Source: Paraphysomonas bandaiensis
Taxonomy: Eukaryota; Protista; Chrysophyceae
Assembly: GCA_965644295.1 (NCBI GenBank)
Contig: CBFFRP010000318.1
Span: 25,404 to 89,403 of the forward strand
DNA: 64,000 nt
Reading direction: 5' to 3'
Each line of letters opens with the position of its first letter. Within the stretch, counting starts at the first letter, position 1. The position numbers were made by a program, and so were the translations under genes. The notes under the pieces were generated by a model. That model was not told the DNA's origin. It worked only from the letters and a program-made list of their open reading frames with translations, and ran no database searches. Positions 46,424-60,433 of this stretch are shown piece by piece.

Positions 46424-47855
46424 TCATTTACGCATAAATTCCTCGTGGAACGCCAGCAGGGCAGATGTCACGGAGCTGTGGAACCCGTTCGATTGCGACG
46501 AGTTTTTGACATATTTGTTCACCACTGCTGTGCTATCAGCGTCCCCTTTCTTGGTAATCTGCACTCCTGGTCACAAACAACGCTAAAAGCCACGTGCAAA
46601 AGTCACTTACCGTTGGCTGGATTTCGTATTCTCTATCACCGGAGATGTCTTCGATTTGGTAGGTGCCTGCTGCATCATCCGCACCCTCCATCTCAAGCAC
46701 CCAGTCACCACTAGCGCTAAAGTCGTATATATGTTTCACACGCCCGCGAGCCATTGTGACCTGAAGGCCCAATTAAACACGTTAATACGCATCTGCGCAA
46801 ATCTATATTCACAAATCTATATTCACACTAGATTTACCTGAGCATCTCCTGTTAGTGTAGCAGACTTGATATAGAGTGTACCCCCGCCGTATTCGGTCAC
46901 AGGAATACGCACACCCTGCAGCAGCTCTTTGAGCCTTTCCAGTGCCCACGGTGTGTGCACTCTCTCCTCCCAGGTGCCAGCCTTGTTCCACACGCTTTCT
47001 CCAGACCCTGATGACGGAGCTGCAGTCACTTCGGCTACGGTGGGGTCGATTTTTTTCGGCGCTATATCCCCAATAAGTGCTTTAGTTTCTTCATCAAGAT
47101 CATTGTTAAAAAAAGTGGTAACACGCCCGTCAGCAGTCTTTTTGTATCCACGGAACGAGGTCGCCCCGCCATCGTATTTGTCATCATTGTCAACGTCCTC
47201 AGTCTTATCGACAACGGGCTTGGGGGCTTTGGGCTTTTCAGTAACTGGTCTGGTAGTCGTTTTAACAGCTTTAGATGTCGAAGGAGTAGATGCAGGTGCA
47301 TCTTTGGGCATAGTTTGCAACTTATCCAATTGTGCAATGAAGCTCTTGTCCCCGGGTGCCAGAGCCAGGCCCTGCTCAAATGTAGTCTTCGCGTTCTTGT
47401 ATTGCTTCAAGTGTACCTGCGCATTCCCTTTCCTAAAATACGCCTTGGCATAACTATTGTCGTATTCAATAGCTTTCTCTGCATCGCTTAAGGCGTCCTG
47501 TCCGTTACTCATCTGTAGGTGACACATACTGCGATTGGCATAAAGAATAGCATCACAGGGCTTCAACTCAATGGCTTTGTTATACAGCTGAATAGCTTCC
47601 GGATAGTTTCTGGAAGATATGCTGCCCTTTGCACGATTTTTTATTTCTTCCACTAGTCTGATCTTTCCCTCCTGTATAAGTGTGCATGTGAGTGTATATA
47701 AGTATATATATGTGTGTATATAAGTACATGTACCTATATATAAGTGCATATACATATACATACATATACATATGCATGTGTGTGTGTACCTCATCAGCTG
47801 GCTCTGCATTTAATACATCCGAGTGAAAAGAACCTAGTCCAGCACCACCAAACAT
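46424..47855 (-). CDS. TPR + Aha1 N-terminal-domain Hsp90 co-chaperone-like protein (multi-exon)
   Basis: Three TPRs (YPEAIQLYNKAI, LYANRSMC, YAKAYFRKG); SVWNKAGTWEER..WALERLKELL, TGDAQ|VTMARGRVKHIYDF. Confidence 0.85.
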
Positions 47856-48448
47856 TGTGATAGTCAAGAATGAACTTGTATCAGTGAGGCAGTTGAGTTG
47901 TTTAGTGAATGAGATGTTTCACTATGCTATGAGTATGTATGTATGTATGTACAGAGAGTGTGTATGGAATGAGTGCATAGAAACAACTGACTGATCTGTG
48001 TGGCTCTTTTTGTATAGGGATTATGTGTACCTCTCATGTACGGTCCTTCTGGAACATTGCCTGGAGGTGATGTACCTCTCTCTGTCCTCCGTTTGTACGG
48101 ATGTATAGTACTCGACCACACACTGAGGTGTATGTCTATACGGGGTGTATGTGTACGGTATGTGTACATCTGAAGGAAGTCTAGAACGTGTACCCAACTC
48201 TGTACATATGTACATACGCTGTACGTACATATCTCCCACGATCATGCATAGGATACATATGTCATGTACCGCAGTATGTATGGTGCGGATGTTTCATACG
48301 TTATTCGCCGCCCTATGCATTCACAGGTACATATACTAACCATATTACACATCCATAACTGTACACCATCACATTCACGTGATTAATTTGATAGTACGAA
48401 CACCTACCCAATGTTTCATTTGATAGATACAATCAAATCGTCTGTACA

Positions 48449-49504
48449 ATGCTCCCAAAGAAGCAATGCATGACCATAGTTAGCTCCGCCATGAGCATGA
48501 GGCCATATAGAGGCCGTCTGGCGCCAACTCCGTCTGGAGATATGCATATTGGACATGCACAGACCTACTACATTGCATGGTATAGAGCAAGGTATTTTGG
48601 AGGCTCGCTAGTGTTGCGGGTAGAGGATTTAGACACGCAACGGTATATTTCATAATTAGTTCCACTGTACGTTACTTATACATGTGATTTGAATTTTTGA
48701 AGGTGCAAGCCTCATTTCATCAAAGGTATCATCGAAGATTTACAGTGGTTCGGACTGTCTTGGGATGAAGGGCCGGGTTCTCAACCCTGCTCTACTGTTA
48801 CTCCTCTCGACTGTGGGCCGTACGAACAGCAACAGAGAATGGACTTATATATTAGTGCCTGGAAGAGGTTATATGAAGGGGGTTACATATATCCTAGCCC
48901 TTACAGCAGAAAAGACGTTGCCCGCGCTTTATCTGCCCCCCACGAAGAGCATAATGGAGAACCCATCTTTCCCGTTAGCCTGCGCCCGGATATGTCAACA
49001 CTGCCCACTGGTCTGGAAGGACCGGGTAAGCAGACGTGGCGATTTCGTGTACCGGATGACCGAGTGCTTTCCTTCACCGATGGCTACATGGGAGAGTGCA
49101 GCTACACCGCCGGGGTTGATTTTGGTGATTTTGTGGTGTGGAGGGCCGACGGTTTCCCAAGTTATGAAATGGCTGTCGTCGTAGACGATATTCATATGCA
49201 GATTACAGAGGTTGTGCGAGGCGGTGATCTGCTCATGAGTACCGCGAGACAGATACTGCTATACGAAGCCTTAGGACAAGCGGGTGTGTTGCCTGCATTC
49301 TTCCATTGCCCACTGGTTCGGGACGGAGAGGGGAAAAGGCTAGCAAAGAGGAGTTTACCTTCAAGCTTATATACTTTGCGCGGACGAAGTACATCCAACG
49401 AGACAACACCGTGGACGGCAGAAAGAATCCGTGAGGAGCTGCTGCCTGATCTACAACCTGTCATTGACAGCATAGATGCCAAGTTGAAGCCTTTGATAGA
49501 ATGA
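48449..49504 (+). CDS. gluQ: Glutamyl-Q-tRNA(Asp) synthetase-like protein (GluRS catalytic domain only), one intron
   Basis: YRGRLAPTPSGDMHIGH, LRVEDLDTQR|C (intron 48643-48702), SWDEGP, GDFVVWRADG..SYEMAVVVDD..ITEVVRGGDL, KRLAKR. No anticodon-binding domain. The start may instead be 48491. Confidence 0.85.
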
Positions 49505-49981
49505 TTGAGGGGTTACCGACATAATAGTGTTTGTTGTAGGTTGTAGGCATGTAGTTAAGATACTATATTACCTAGGGAATAGTAGGAAATATTTACTAGG
49601 TAGCATAACTCTTTGAATTATTACACATCGAAGCTTCAGTGTGGCTTTATTCACTCGCACCAATTTTCATCATCCTGACAGTTCCTATACTTTTGCATTA
49701 GATGTAGCTTTGTGCTAATGAAACAAGGTAAAATGAATACAATTAGCGCCGCTATTTCTTGATTAATTTAACCTCATAGACCTCAAAGCGCATAATTTTA
49801 ATTGGAACAAATGAGTAATCACTCAGTTGAAATTAATTTTCAGTAAAAGTTGATTCTTGCCATATTGGCATCTCTTTAGTTATATGATCTTGTACAAGAC
49901 CGTGAAGGGCAACTCTATATATTCCCAAACTAATAATCAGTTGTGATAAAGAAAAAATGAAAATCCAGTCACCCAACGACT

Positions 49982-50542
49982 CTAGTGACTATTTCCCAAT
50001 TTAAAATATGGCCTATATGTAGTATCCATGAATTCATCAACCATTTTATCAATCGGTGATATGATGAACGGTATGGTGAAGAGACCGAGTGCAGTAGGTG
50101 AGTACTTCAACAGAGTGTGGCTAAATTTTTTCTGGAGGGCGGCCGATTGGCACACGGCACTAGCTGTCTTAGCAACAGCTTTTATAGTTAATCCTGGAAT
50201 TATGACACTAGCTAACATTTGCCACACCATCACATCACCTGCTTCAATGAGCAGCTTGCTGCATTTGACCTTAAAGAATAAGTTAATTGCCAACTCTGAG
50301 TCACACATATATACTACCTTATTAACATCTTTTTGAGATTTGTAAGCTATTAATGTTTTATCAATGGTATCTCCGAGCACATAAAGAACGCTCACGCCGT
50401 AAGACGGAAGCAAAAACTTGGGGAAAAGTGGTGCAAATGCTTCGCCAACCTCATTACAGTAACCTGCAAGGCGTAGAGGGCTGTCGCGCCATATGTCTGT
50501 TTTCATGGGTTCAATTAGGGATTTATGTTGTTGTTCAGTCAT
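49982..50542 (-). CDS. MTFP1: Mitochondrial fission process protein 1 (MTP18)
   Basis: DIWRDSPLRLAGYCNEVGEAF, YVLGDTIDK, WQMLASVIIPGLTI, PTALGLFTIPFIISPID; probable in-frame intron ~50270-50317. Confidence 0.9.
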   Translation of the reverse strand: MTEQQHKSLIEPMKTDIWRDSPLRLAGYCNEVGEAFAPLFPKFLLPSYGVSVLYVLGDTIDKTLIAYKSQKDVNKVVYMCDSELAINLFFKVKCSKLLIEAGDVMVWQMLASVIIPGLTIKAVAKTASAVCQSAALQKKFSHTLLKYSPTALGLFTIPFIISPIDKMVDEFMDTTYRPYFKLGNSH

Positions 50543-51060
50543 GATGAATTGTGTTTAAGTACAATATGAATGCTTTTAGTCTCGATGGTATGACTAGAAT
50601 GGGTGTGGCTATTACATATGGCTGTGGTAACGGTATCTCCACAACTTACGTGGTTTTTGTGGACGACAGATAATGGAAGATTCTGAATGATCATGTGCAG
50701 AGAAAAAGTCCACTTTCTCAGGAAATAGATGACTTTTTAGACGGTTTTCTTAGAAAATGATGATTTTGGGTATAATATTCGTATTTTTCGCACTACGGTA
50801 TACAATACGTACCTATCAAATGGCTTCCAACCAATCAGAGTAGATTGATCAGTGATTCACCTCACCAATTGGATATACTGAGCATTATTCAGGCATACTT
50901 TGCCTGTAACGAGACAGAGATATCAGGCATCTCAAACTCGACACAATGGACTGGCATACATAGTATGAGAAGTATGAGAGACCGGAAGATGAATCAAACT
51001 GAAAGGAAACACTCCCACACAATGAGTTGAATTACTCCACAGTTTTTTTATTGAATTAAT

Positions 51061-52596
51061 ATGAAATTTGACTCATTTTTGTGTGATTTTTTCATATGTA
51101 GTCTGGTCTGTAGTTTCATAGGGAGGGTTTTGGGATCACTCACACTTCATCGGCATCACGTAAGTGATTTCAGAGCGATATGTTTGGATGGTACACGCGC
51201 TAGTTACTACAAAAATAATCATATGGGATCTAACAGTAGATGGCATATATGGATAGAGGGGGGAGGATGGTGCTATGATAAATACTCCTGTAGTTATAGA
51301 GCCACTACTAATTTAGGTAGTACAAAGTATGATTTACAGAATACGCATTGTGTATTCGAGAAGTTTCTACAGGATTTATACTCCAATATAAGCGATATTA
51401 CAGTAGTTCATATAAGGTACCACATACGAGATATAGCCACAGGGTCTTTATACATGTATATTTAGGTATTGTGATGGCGGATCTTTATCTGGAAACTCCG
51501 TTTTTTCTTATATGGTATGTTAATACGGGTGTCATTATACAGCAGAATATACTGATATGATACTAGAAAAAGACCTACAAAAGTCGAGGAGCGTTTATTC
51601 GTAATAGCATTATAAAAGACTTATTACAGTGAGTAGTTGTCTGTATTTTTACATATTTATTAATATTTTTTTTACATTTTTTCATATTTTTTTTAAAATA
51701 TTTTTTTAAATTTTTGTATATGTGTATATGCGTATAGTTTGCATGGTATGAGAGAGGCACAGGAGGTTATTGTCTCTGGTACATCTGCAGGAGGTTGTAT
51801 GTCATTGATGTCATGGATCCGTTAAACGATATTCTGTGGTATAGGGCTGGCGGTTTTGTTGGGTTTGGATCATATTGCACAAATAATACACACCGCTTCT
51901 CCGGAGACAGTTGTTGGGGGCATAGTTGATGCTGGATACTTTCCTGCCTATAAATCTTCCAGGAAGTATGGAATAGATGTCAGTGTGTGGCCCAGGGATA
52001 GCAAACATAACTTGCTCTGATTGTAGGAATTACGATTTCAACATGAGACAGTCGTTCAATTTTCTCAACATGTCTGCTGGTGCAGACATTAAGTGCACTG
52101 CAGTAGCTGATGTGTTGTCGGACTGCGCCTTTGCATCAAATTTAATTCCACGTATTCACACCCCTCATTTCCTAATGCAGGTTGTACTCGATATTATATT
52201 TTGCAACTCATACTGATTACTAAATCACAGTCACGATTTGATAAGTGGCAAATCGTGAATGAGTTAGGTCTTGGTGCAGACAGCACTGATATCGTTAACA
52301 TGTATGGAAATTTTGTCATGACATCTATTTTCAAAACAGTTGAAAAAAATTCAAAAGCGACATTGTTTTTGGATTCGTGCACCCACCACGTCGTTATTCC
52401 GAATACTAATCTGGCTAGTACTATTATCGATGGAAAAGGTGTGGCAGTGACAGATAGTCTCCGTGTGTGGATGTGGAAACTTGGTAGGTATCACAGTTAC
52501 TCCACTGATTTTCCTCAAATTCGGAGTCAAATATTCGTATACCCTTGCAGTGACTGCTGTTTCAATAAATCTATTGCATTCACTACTAATTCGTAA
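51061..52596 (+). CDS. Pectinacetylesterase/Notum-family hydrolase (multi-exon, signal peptide)
   Basis: AICLDGTRASYY, WHIWIEGGGWC, RYCDGGSLSG (spliced), nucleophile motif SGTSAGG, QSRFDKWQI, LDSCTHH. Confidence 0.85.
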
Positions 52597-52810
52597 CTTC
52601 GGTGTGCATGATGCTGATAGTACGATAGTACCTATCCCACTGATGAAGTGCTGAAAAGTGTTCGTGATAATGGTCGTGATGATACATAACATAAATATAA
52701 ATATAAAATTTAAAGATTAAAGGCATGATGAGCTTGTATGCCGCCAGTAGGAAGACATTTCTCAGCTTTTAAAACATTCAATGTACTACGTGTTTTATTG
52801 TACTCTCAAT

Positions 52811-53893
52811 CAGGGATAGGGAACAATATATTGCAATACTATTGTTAGATAGCGTTCCATCAATAGTATTGATGGATTTAAAAAAACGGTCCTACAATAC
52901 AATTACAATATATTGCAATATATTGTATGACTTATCAGTAGGTAAACACATCCGTAGATTTTATTTTTAGTATTAGTCATTAAGATCACATGACAACCAA
53001 ACCAACTGCTGCTTATAGCTACTAAAAATCCATCTCGTCCTCATCCTCTGAGCCATCATCGGTGACGTCAACATCACCATATTCATTCACAAAATTAATT
53101 GAAATATGCTAGTATCCGGCCATAACTGTCGAATAGCTTTCAGAGACAACAGTATATTAAGTAGGATGAATACTTTTGGCAACACTGATATAATATGTTT
53201 AGCTGTGCTGAACAGACGTTCCCATGTATTGGAAGTACATAGCAGGGACAGGCAACCGTTAATGACTCGTGGATCTGTACGTTTCTTTTTTTTGAGCTGA
53301 CTGAAGATTTTTAGTCGCATATAGTCAACATCAGCTTCATTATCCTTTGTAATGTTGTAATCTATTTCTCGGTTATTTATATCCATTTTGCACCCTACAG
53401 TTGAGAATCTTCTCTTATATGACTATCATAATATCTCAGAAGGGCATATTACTGTTTCCCCTAACTGCCATAAGGCTAATAAGTCAGTCCCCGTGAGGTA
53501 CATAAGGCTATCTATCATATAGCGAGTGGAGTCTCATCCCAAGAGGAGACCTCCAGATCACACGCGCCGGTGAGTCCCAGGACACACGATCATGGCGAGC
53601 CTCATAACACACACTAAGAACGGAAGTGGTTGCACCTTGGTGCTTGCGGCGACGCACAAGCAGCTTCTGTAGCGTTAAATAGTAGGATAAAAGAGTTTGT
53701 ATTGATTAGTTACGGGTAGTAGTCTAACTAGTATGACTAGCATTCTTCTAGCCACTAATTGGTGCAGGCTTTCAACGCCTATTGCTAAATAATCAGACAT
53801 TCAATATGGAATATTTGACCAGTCCACCAATCAATATATTTTACAATATATTTTACAATGTATTGTAATACAATATATTGTTCCCTATCCCTG
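52811..53893 (-). mobile_element. Non-autonomous hAT DNA transposon (1083 bp) carrying a transposase remnant
   Basis: Perfect 23-bp TIR CAGGGATAGGGAACAATATATTG; perfect 8-bp TSD CTCTCAAT. The internal ORF 53087-53386 has TSNTWERLFSTAK, resembling the hAT dimerisation motif. Confidence 0.92.
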
Positions 53894-54140
53894 CTCTCAA
53901 TATACTTCAACCATTATAGCTGCAATAAAACTGAATATGTATCTATAAAATCTATTGAGGGTGCTAGTAAAATATGTGCTGCAAATTCAGAACAATTGAA
54001 AGTATATAATACAAGCAGGCCATCAAAATAGAGACGAAACTATATTAAAAACTTATTTGAAGAAAAAGTCATAGATAGTATGCAATAGCATCATTCAAAG
54101 AAGTTGTTCATAAAGTTATATTTACGACATAGTAGTGGAT

Positions 54141-57100
54141 CTAAAGATGATTACCTCGAGTGCTACCAGGAGGGGAAAGAGACATCTTAAGGCCGTTATC
54201 AGGGTTATAGCCAGACCGCCAGCTATCCAACGAGCATCTTCACACACCGCATTTATACTACATACACCTCCAACATCGTAACATACCTGGTCAGCATCTG
54301 TTGAACAACGTCGTCCTCCACCATCTCCGCTTCCACCATTTCCTGTAGTCTATCTTGGGATGTCGGCATTAAAAGTGAAGCAACGCGTTCCACAACAAAA
54401 TCAAGCATGGCGATAGTGGTTGGTATAAGCAATATTGCAAACCAGAAAGTACCCTGAAATATATTAAGCCAATATTGTCATCATATTGACTTCCCAACCT
54501 GTCGAAAACTGAAATCTACAACCTTATACCAATCGTACACTTCATCAAACTGAGAGTATACTGAAACAAAGAGAACGTATCCTGAGGTGTACTGTAAGAA
54601 TGGCTGCATTACAATTGCTCAACACCAACCAGCTAGAGAGAGAAGCCAAAATGCAGCGTGAATGACAGTCCAAGTGCATGTGACCGCCGCAACCTTGTAC
54701 ATCATGGCAATAACTACGCAACAAAACAGAAGAAACCCTTCGGCATAAATTCCCCCCGCCATTCCATGGGCGTTGTTCACACCAACGCCCTGAATATTTC
54801 TTCCGTCCTCTGCAGTAAAACATTCCCATTCAACATCCCTTAGAGTTCGGCATCATAACTCCAACTTACCCATTGAGTTCCTCGTCCGTCCGCCGACAAA
54901 TCGAATAGCCAAAGCAAACAATGCCAACCCCTCGCAAAATGCCAGGGTGCACCATCGTCCCATGCTAGAAAGATTAAGCAATTCTCTATTTCTCCCCGTC
55001 ATGTACGCTAACCGAGGAAACTTTAACACTGAGCTGTATGGTACATCCTTATCCATCAATCCTAAGAAGCTATTAGAGGACACTGCAATACACACTCACA
55101 ATGCAACTCACCAATAGCAATTATGGGTAAGCCCAAATAGAAATTAAACCCTGATACCACAATGGATTCCATTGGCATTGTACCAGAAAATCCACTAAGC
55201 AATGATATGTATCAATGGCGAATGAACTACGCAACACATCAATATACCTGTATAATTGGTAATAGAATAAGGCACTGACTAACACCAAGTTTTTAAAGAA
55301 TGAGTACAACACGAGTTTGCTGGATCTAATGTAATTGTAACGTCCGTGCTTCAGTAACAGAGGGGTCAAAAATCTAAAGAACAATCAGCATTCATACTGA
55401 AACTGATTCTAAATATACCTAAATTGACCTATCGCAAAATCTGCTGAGTTCGCTGCATGTCGTCCTTCATTTCCACATATTCCCACTCCTGTGTATGTCT
55501 TACATGCAGTCAATATCACTATTAACTTCATACCTATTTTCGCCTCGTGTATCATGCCGATATCATTCGCACCTGCAAGAGGTAAAGTTAGACCCAAAGT
55601 CACAAACGGGGACTAAGCCTATACCGTCTCCAATTGCGAGTGTGACTGGATTTCCTTCTCCTGTTTTAATCATTCTAACCAATGACGACTTTTGCAATGG
55701 TGAAACGCGACAAGCAACCACTGTCGGAACCAGCCTAGCAACTTTCACAAACAATTGAAGCAGTCCTTTGTCACGCCAAATTTCTGTATAGATTGTTAGC
55801 GCGTTTGCACAGGAACTGCACCACAATACCTTCCAGCGTCAGCCCATCTACGACAAGCGCAATGTGGTCAAATTTTCCCTTGACTCTTCGTTCACCTAGA
55901 GTACGCTGCTTATCTCGGCTAGACATCTGACGCACTAAATTAAAATTTCCACGTAACAATTGATGCACACCACCCACCGGATGTGGCTGTACGGTAGACC
56001 CAATGTTGTCGCCGCCGCTACTGTCTCTATATCGATTATACAGAGAAGACGAGTCCGTCTCTTCCTTGGAATTCTTGAAGGACGTCGACAAGCCGTGCGA
56101 ACTGACTGGTTGGGACACTATCTCCGCCCTCCCACCAGAACTTTCGTGTGACCGTTCCGACGGCGCATTGCCGTCGTAAGCATTTAGATATGCCATCGCT
56201 TTCTTCAAAGCTTTCGATACATGACTGGATACACTTCGAGACGGTACCGGCGTTTCCTTTTTCTGTTCATGTTCTGCAGATATTCGCTCCAGGTATACGA
56301 CCAAATCACTTAATCGTTGTCCTAGATTATCTCCAGAATTTTTTAGCAGTAACTCCAGCTCATGTTCCGGTCTCAAGAGTCCACACATTTGACCTGATAC
56401 ACCGGGTTACTCACTAAGCACACTCTATGCACCGTAGTACCAATGGCAATGGCTGTTTCCGCTTTGTCTCCTGTGATCATCCATAGATTCAGTCCAGCAG
56501 CATTCATTGTCTCGATTGCATCGTAAACCCCATCCTATATCACAGCAGTGTTAGTAGGCTACTGCAACTTTTACCGAACATGTAACCTGCAACTCGTCTT
56601 CTATCCCGACTGCTCCCAATAGATCCATGTCGACTTCAAGCTCTTCCGCACATCTATTCGAAAAATATGATAATATCAGAGATTAGTTCTGTGGTTACTA
56701 CACCTTTGCAACATATCCTTTCTATTAGACAAACTGCTCGCTGCAGTTTTGTATTTCTGCAACCATTCACTGAACTCTGCGTCAGATAAAGTTCGCCTAG
56801 AGCATAACGAGAAATTATGTCACACTTCCACGATACCCATGAATCTTACTTAGCCATGACTAATGTGCGTAGTCCCGTGCTCGCGAACTCGTCTACGTGT
56901 TCTTTGCACTACAGTTCATCGCATTACAGAAAGCTATAATTTTGGATCTCTGAACCTGTGTTGTATAGGGTCCATTCACACACACCGAAAACATTGCAGA
57001 GTCGGCACCCTTGCACAATACAACAGGGTTTCCCCCATCTATTCGAACCACAACGGACATACGCTTCCTGAGAAATTTTCATGTGAGAAAAAGAACTGTA

Positions 57101-59742
57101 CCAACGGATAATATCCTGCCTGTTGCTGTCGAATTCATTCACAGCTAGGATCTCAAAATTTTCTGCGGTGTTGTCACCAGGAACCTCAGTGGCATCAGAA
57201 TCCCTTATACCCTTCAGACCAAGTACTCCTGTGGAATAAAGAAGTTCAATGCAAGAAAGATTTAAATGAAATAACATACTTGCAGAGTCAGAGTCGCGCT
57301 TCACAAGAACTACATCAGAGTGCTCTGCTGCTGCAATAACCAGGGCAACTTCATCCGCAGACTCCGCCTACAAAAGGACATGATAAATATAGTTACTTCT
57401 TCAATATCATAAACCTCTAAACAAGCTTCAAGAGACTCTCGGTCAGTGACATGCAATTCGCCTGCAAAAAAATCCAATATCGGTAAGAAATGTTCAGTTG
57501 GCATGCACTTATCGAACCAGTAATTTGATCCGGCATGAGCATTACTGTATTGCACACAGAGAGTGTCCTCATAAAATTTAGCAAAAGATCACGATCGGTT
57601 CCGTCGGGAAGCGTCTTAAATCTCGTAAGTGACGTTAGTGGGGTCCATATTCCTGCGAACATTGTCAGGCACTACAAAGGACACGACGTGACAGCAAAAC
57701 CAGAGTCCGTAACGAGGCTGTCAAAGCTCTTGGACGTCCGTGCGGCCGATTTTTCTGTCTGTTTGTTCTCTGTGTTGACCGTACTCGTATCCTGATTCGT
57801 ACTGCTATCCATGGGGGCACCATATATCATTCCCGCTACAGAACACCTCCGCAACTTCATTACATTTTTAGTCAATGTTCCGGTTTTGTCCGACAGCACG
57901 TACTGAACCTACGGACATCGCAATATGAATGCCGTATGTCTCACAAATAATTCATACGCCCCACCTGTCCAAGATCGGCACACATACCGGATGTGTGGGC
58001 TTCGGCTGGGGAGTCTGACTTCGAATCATACATCGACAAATCCTGCAAAAATACAACAGTCAGAAAAGACAAAAGACACTAGATGTACGCCAGCCCCACC
58101 TGGGATATGAAGAATGCTTGCCACAGGTATATCATCTCCAGTGAGACATACATACTACGACACAAAATTATACTACGATTAGACAAGAGATATTATATTG
58201 ACTCCCCATCGTACCTGATGCACACGAAGTTGTTGAAGAGAGTAGCAAAGGTCAATATCGTGAGTGCAGAGTTGGTAGATCCTGTCTCACAACCACCACC
58301 TGAATGAACCAACCGAAATCACACGTATAACGCATACAGCAGCACCACATTACCATTATAGCGTTTCTCTAAATCGTCTTCGTTAATGCATAGGTAACTG
58401 GCCTCGTTGTTGTTGATTTCCCATACAATGCTAATTGCATGTCATACATAATACACACATGTGAGAATGCATTACCTTGCAATTGCGCTAAACACGCATA
58501 CTATTAGCATCGCAGATATTGCAATAATAAGAGTTCTATTTACAACCCCGTCCACGACACTAAGCTTAGATGGTGGCGACTTAGAGTTGAGCGAGAGTTT
58601 GGTGTCTCTGCCTGTGTACACCACAACGCAAATTGCCCTGAGTAAAAGAAGTGCCCGGTTACAAGAAGACATAACTGCAATATACCTTACCATTCCGAAG
58701 CCCGTATTATGGACCCCCGCAGACAGATATTTTTCTCTGTGAGGGTATACTCCGACCTTGCGTGCCTGTCCTCAACCTCTGTGAATTCTATCAAACCACT
58801 GAATATAAATATGTACTGTTGCAATCACGCACCGTACAGTTCCATCGAACCCTCAAACCTGTGAATAGATCCATTGGGAAGCTCCACGTGGAAGACCATC
58901 CTAAATTGTATAAATCTATCAGACACAGGTAGTAACACACATGAATCATAGCACCGGTAGTCCTCCAGTCCCGACACCCGAGTTTTATCTGTCGACACGG
59001 TAATTCCAGTACCCTCCCTACCACTGCTAGTTACGCGGGGAAGAGAAGGAAGGCGAATCTTCAGGTTTGTTTCTCCATCAATAGCTGCAGTCTCCACGTA
59101 AGTTGTGGGTCCTTGAATACCCCCACATTCCACCACGACACAATCAGCGGGCACCTCGTCGTCCCCAAGCAACAATAGTACACTATAACGTGAGCATTAC
59201 TATTGGCGCAAGTCTTAAGAGAGGGGCGTACCTTCCGACGACTATATTTTTCCACTCTGTGGTTCTCACTGTTCCCTGTGGGTATATTACATACATAATA
59301 CAAATACAACGCCTTGCATACTTACATCACTGTCGACCACTCTCGCAATTCTATTGTTGGTTCGATCATCTGCTCTATGTCGCTTAACATCTTCAATCCC
59401 ATCTTTAATAATCGATATTGTTACAACAATTGTCATAGGAATAAGTAATCCAGCGGGCTCTACAGCTGTGTCATAGAAGTGTGTGTTCGCGCCTATAGCG
59501 GCAATAATCCCAAGCACTAAAAAATAAACATTCGCCAGTCTTCTGAACTGCTCAAATATACTCTTTGGAATAAATGAAAATATATTGTATCGACTTGTTA
59601 TGATTATATTTGGAGGATATGAAGGGTCGGTAGAGGTGAAGGGCTCGACTATACGCTCCTCGACCTCACTGATATTGTCACTGTTAAGGAGAGGAGCATT
59701 GACTCCACTGGAGTCTGAGCTCTTACTTGTGCAGTCAAACAT
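54141..59742 (-). CDS. P4-type ATPase (phospholipid flippase), many exons
   Basis: [77 protein letters not shown]|[15 protein letters not shown]. The 3' end is approximate. Confidence 0.93.
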
Positions 59743-59861
59743 GATTATAGAGATACATGTATGTGATTATAGGAAGAGAAAATTAGAGGGCTCAATGTGT
59801 AGTATGAATATAAGTATATAGTAAGATCTGCCAATACATATGACTATATCATAACACATAC

Positions 59862-60221
59862 ACATACATACATACATACATACATACATACATACATACA
59901 TACATACATACATACATACATACATACATACATACATACATACATACATACATACATACATACATACATACATACATACATACATACATACATACATACA
60001 TACATACATACATACATACATACATACATACATACATACATACATACATACATACATACATACATACATACATACATACATACATACATACATACATACA
60101 TACATACATACATACATACATACATACATACATACATACATACATACATACATACATACATACATACATACATACATACATACATACATACATACATACA
60201 TACATACATACATACATACAT
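59862..60221. repeat. Perfect (TACA)n microsatellite, about 90 units
   Basis: Directly visible in the sequence. Confidence 0.98.
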
Positions 60222-60433
60222 CGTATCGGCAGTCAGCATCTTATTTTTCGGTAATTAATTGAAGTAAAACTACTCTATATGACTTACATACAACTACGGC
60301 TGTAATACACATAATTATTGTCTCAATATTAGAGGCATATGTGAACAAAAATATACACAGGATGCCGATACGATACATGTACTGATCTTATAGATATTCA
60401 AATTAGGATGGGATATTTCACTGTCTCATTGAT

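Noticed and set aside
59767-60239. MYVC-repeat ORFs
   Set aside because: They are artefacts of the (TACA)n microsatellite.
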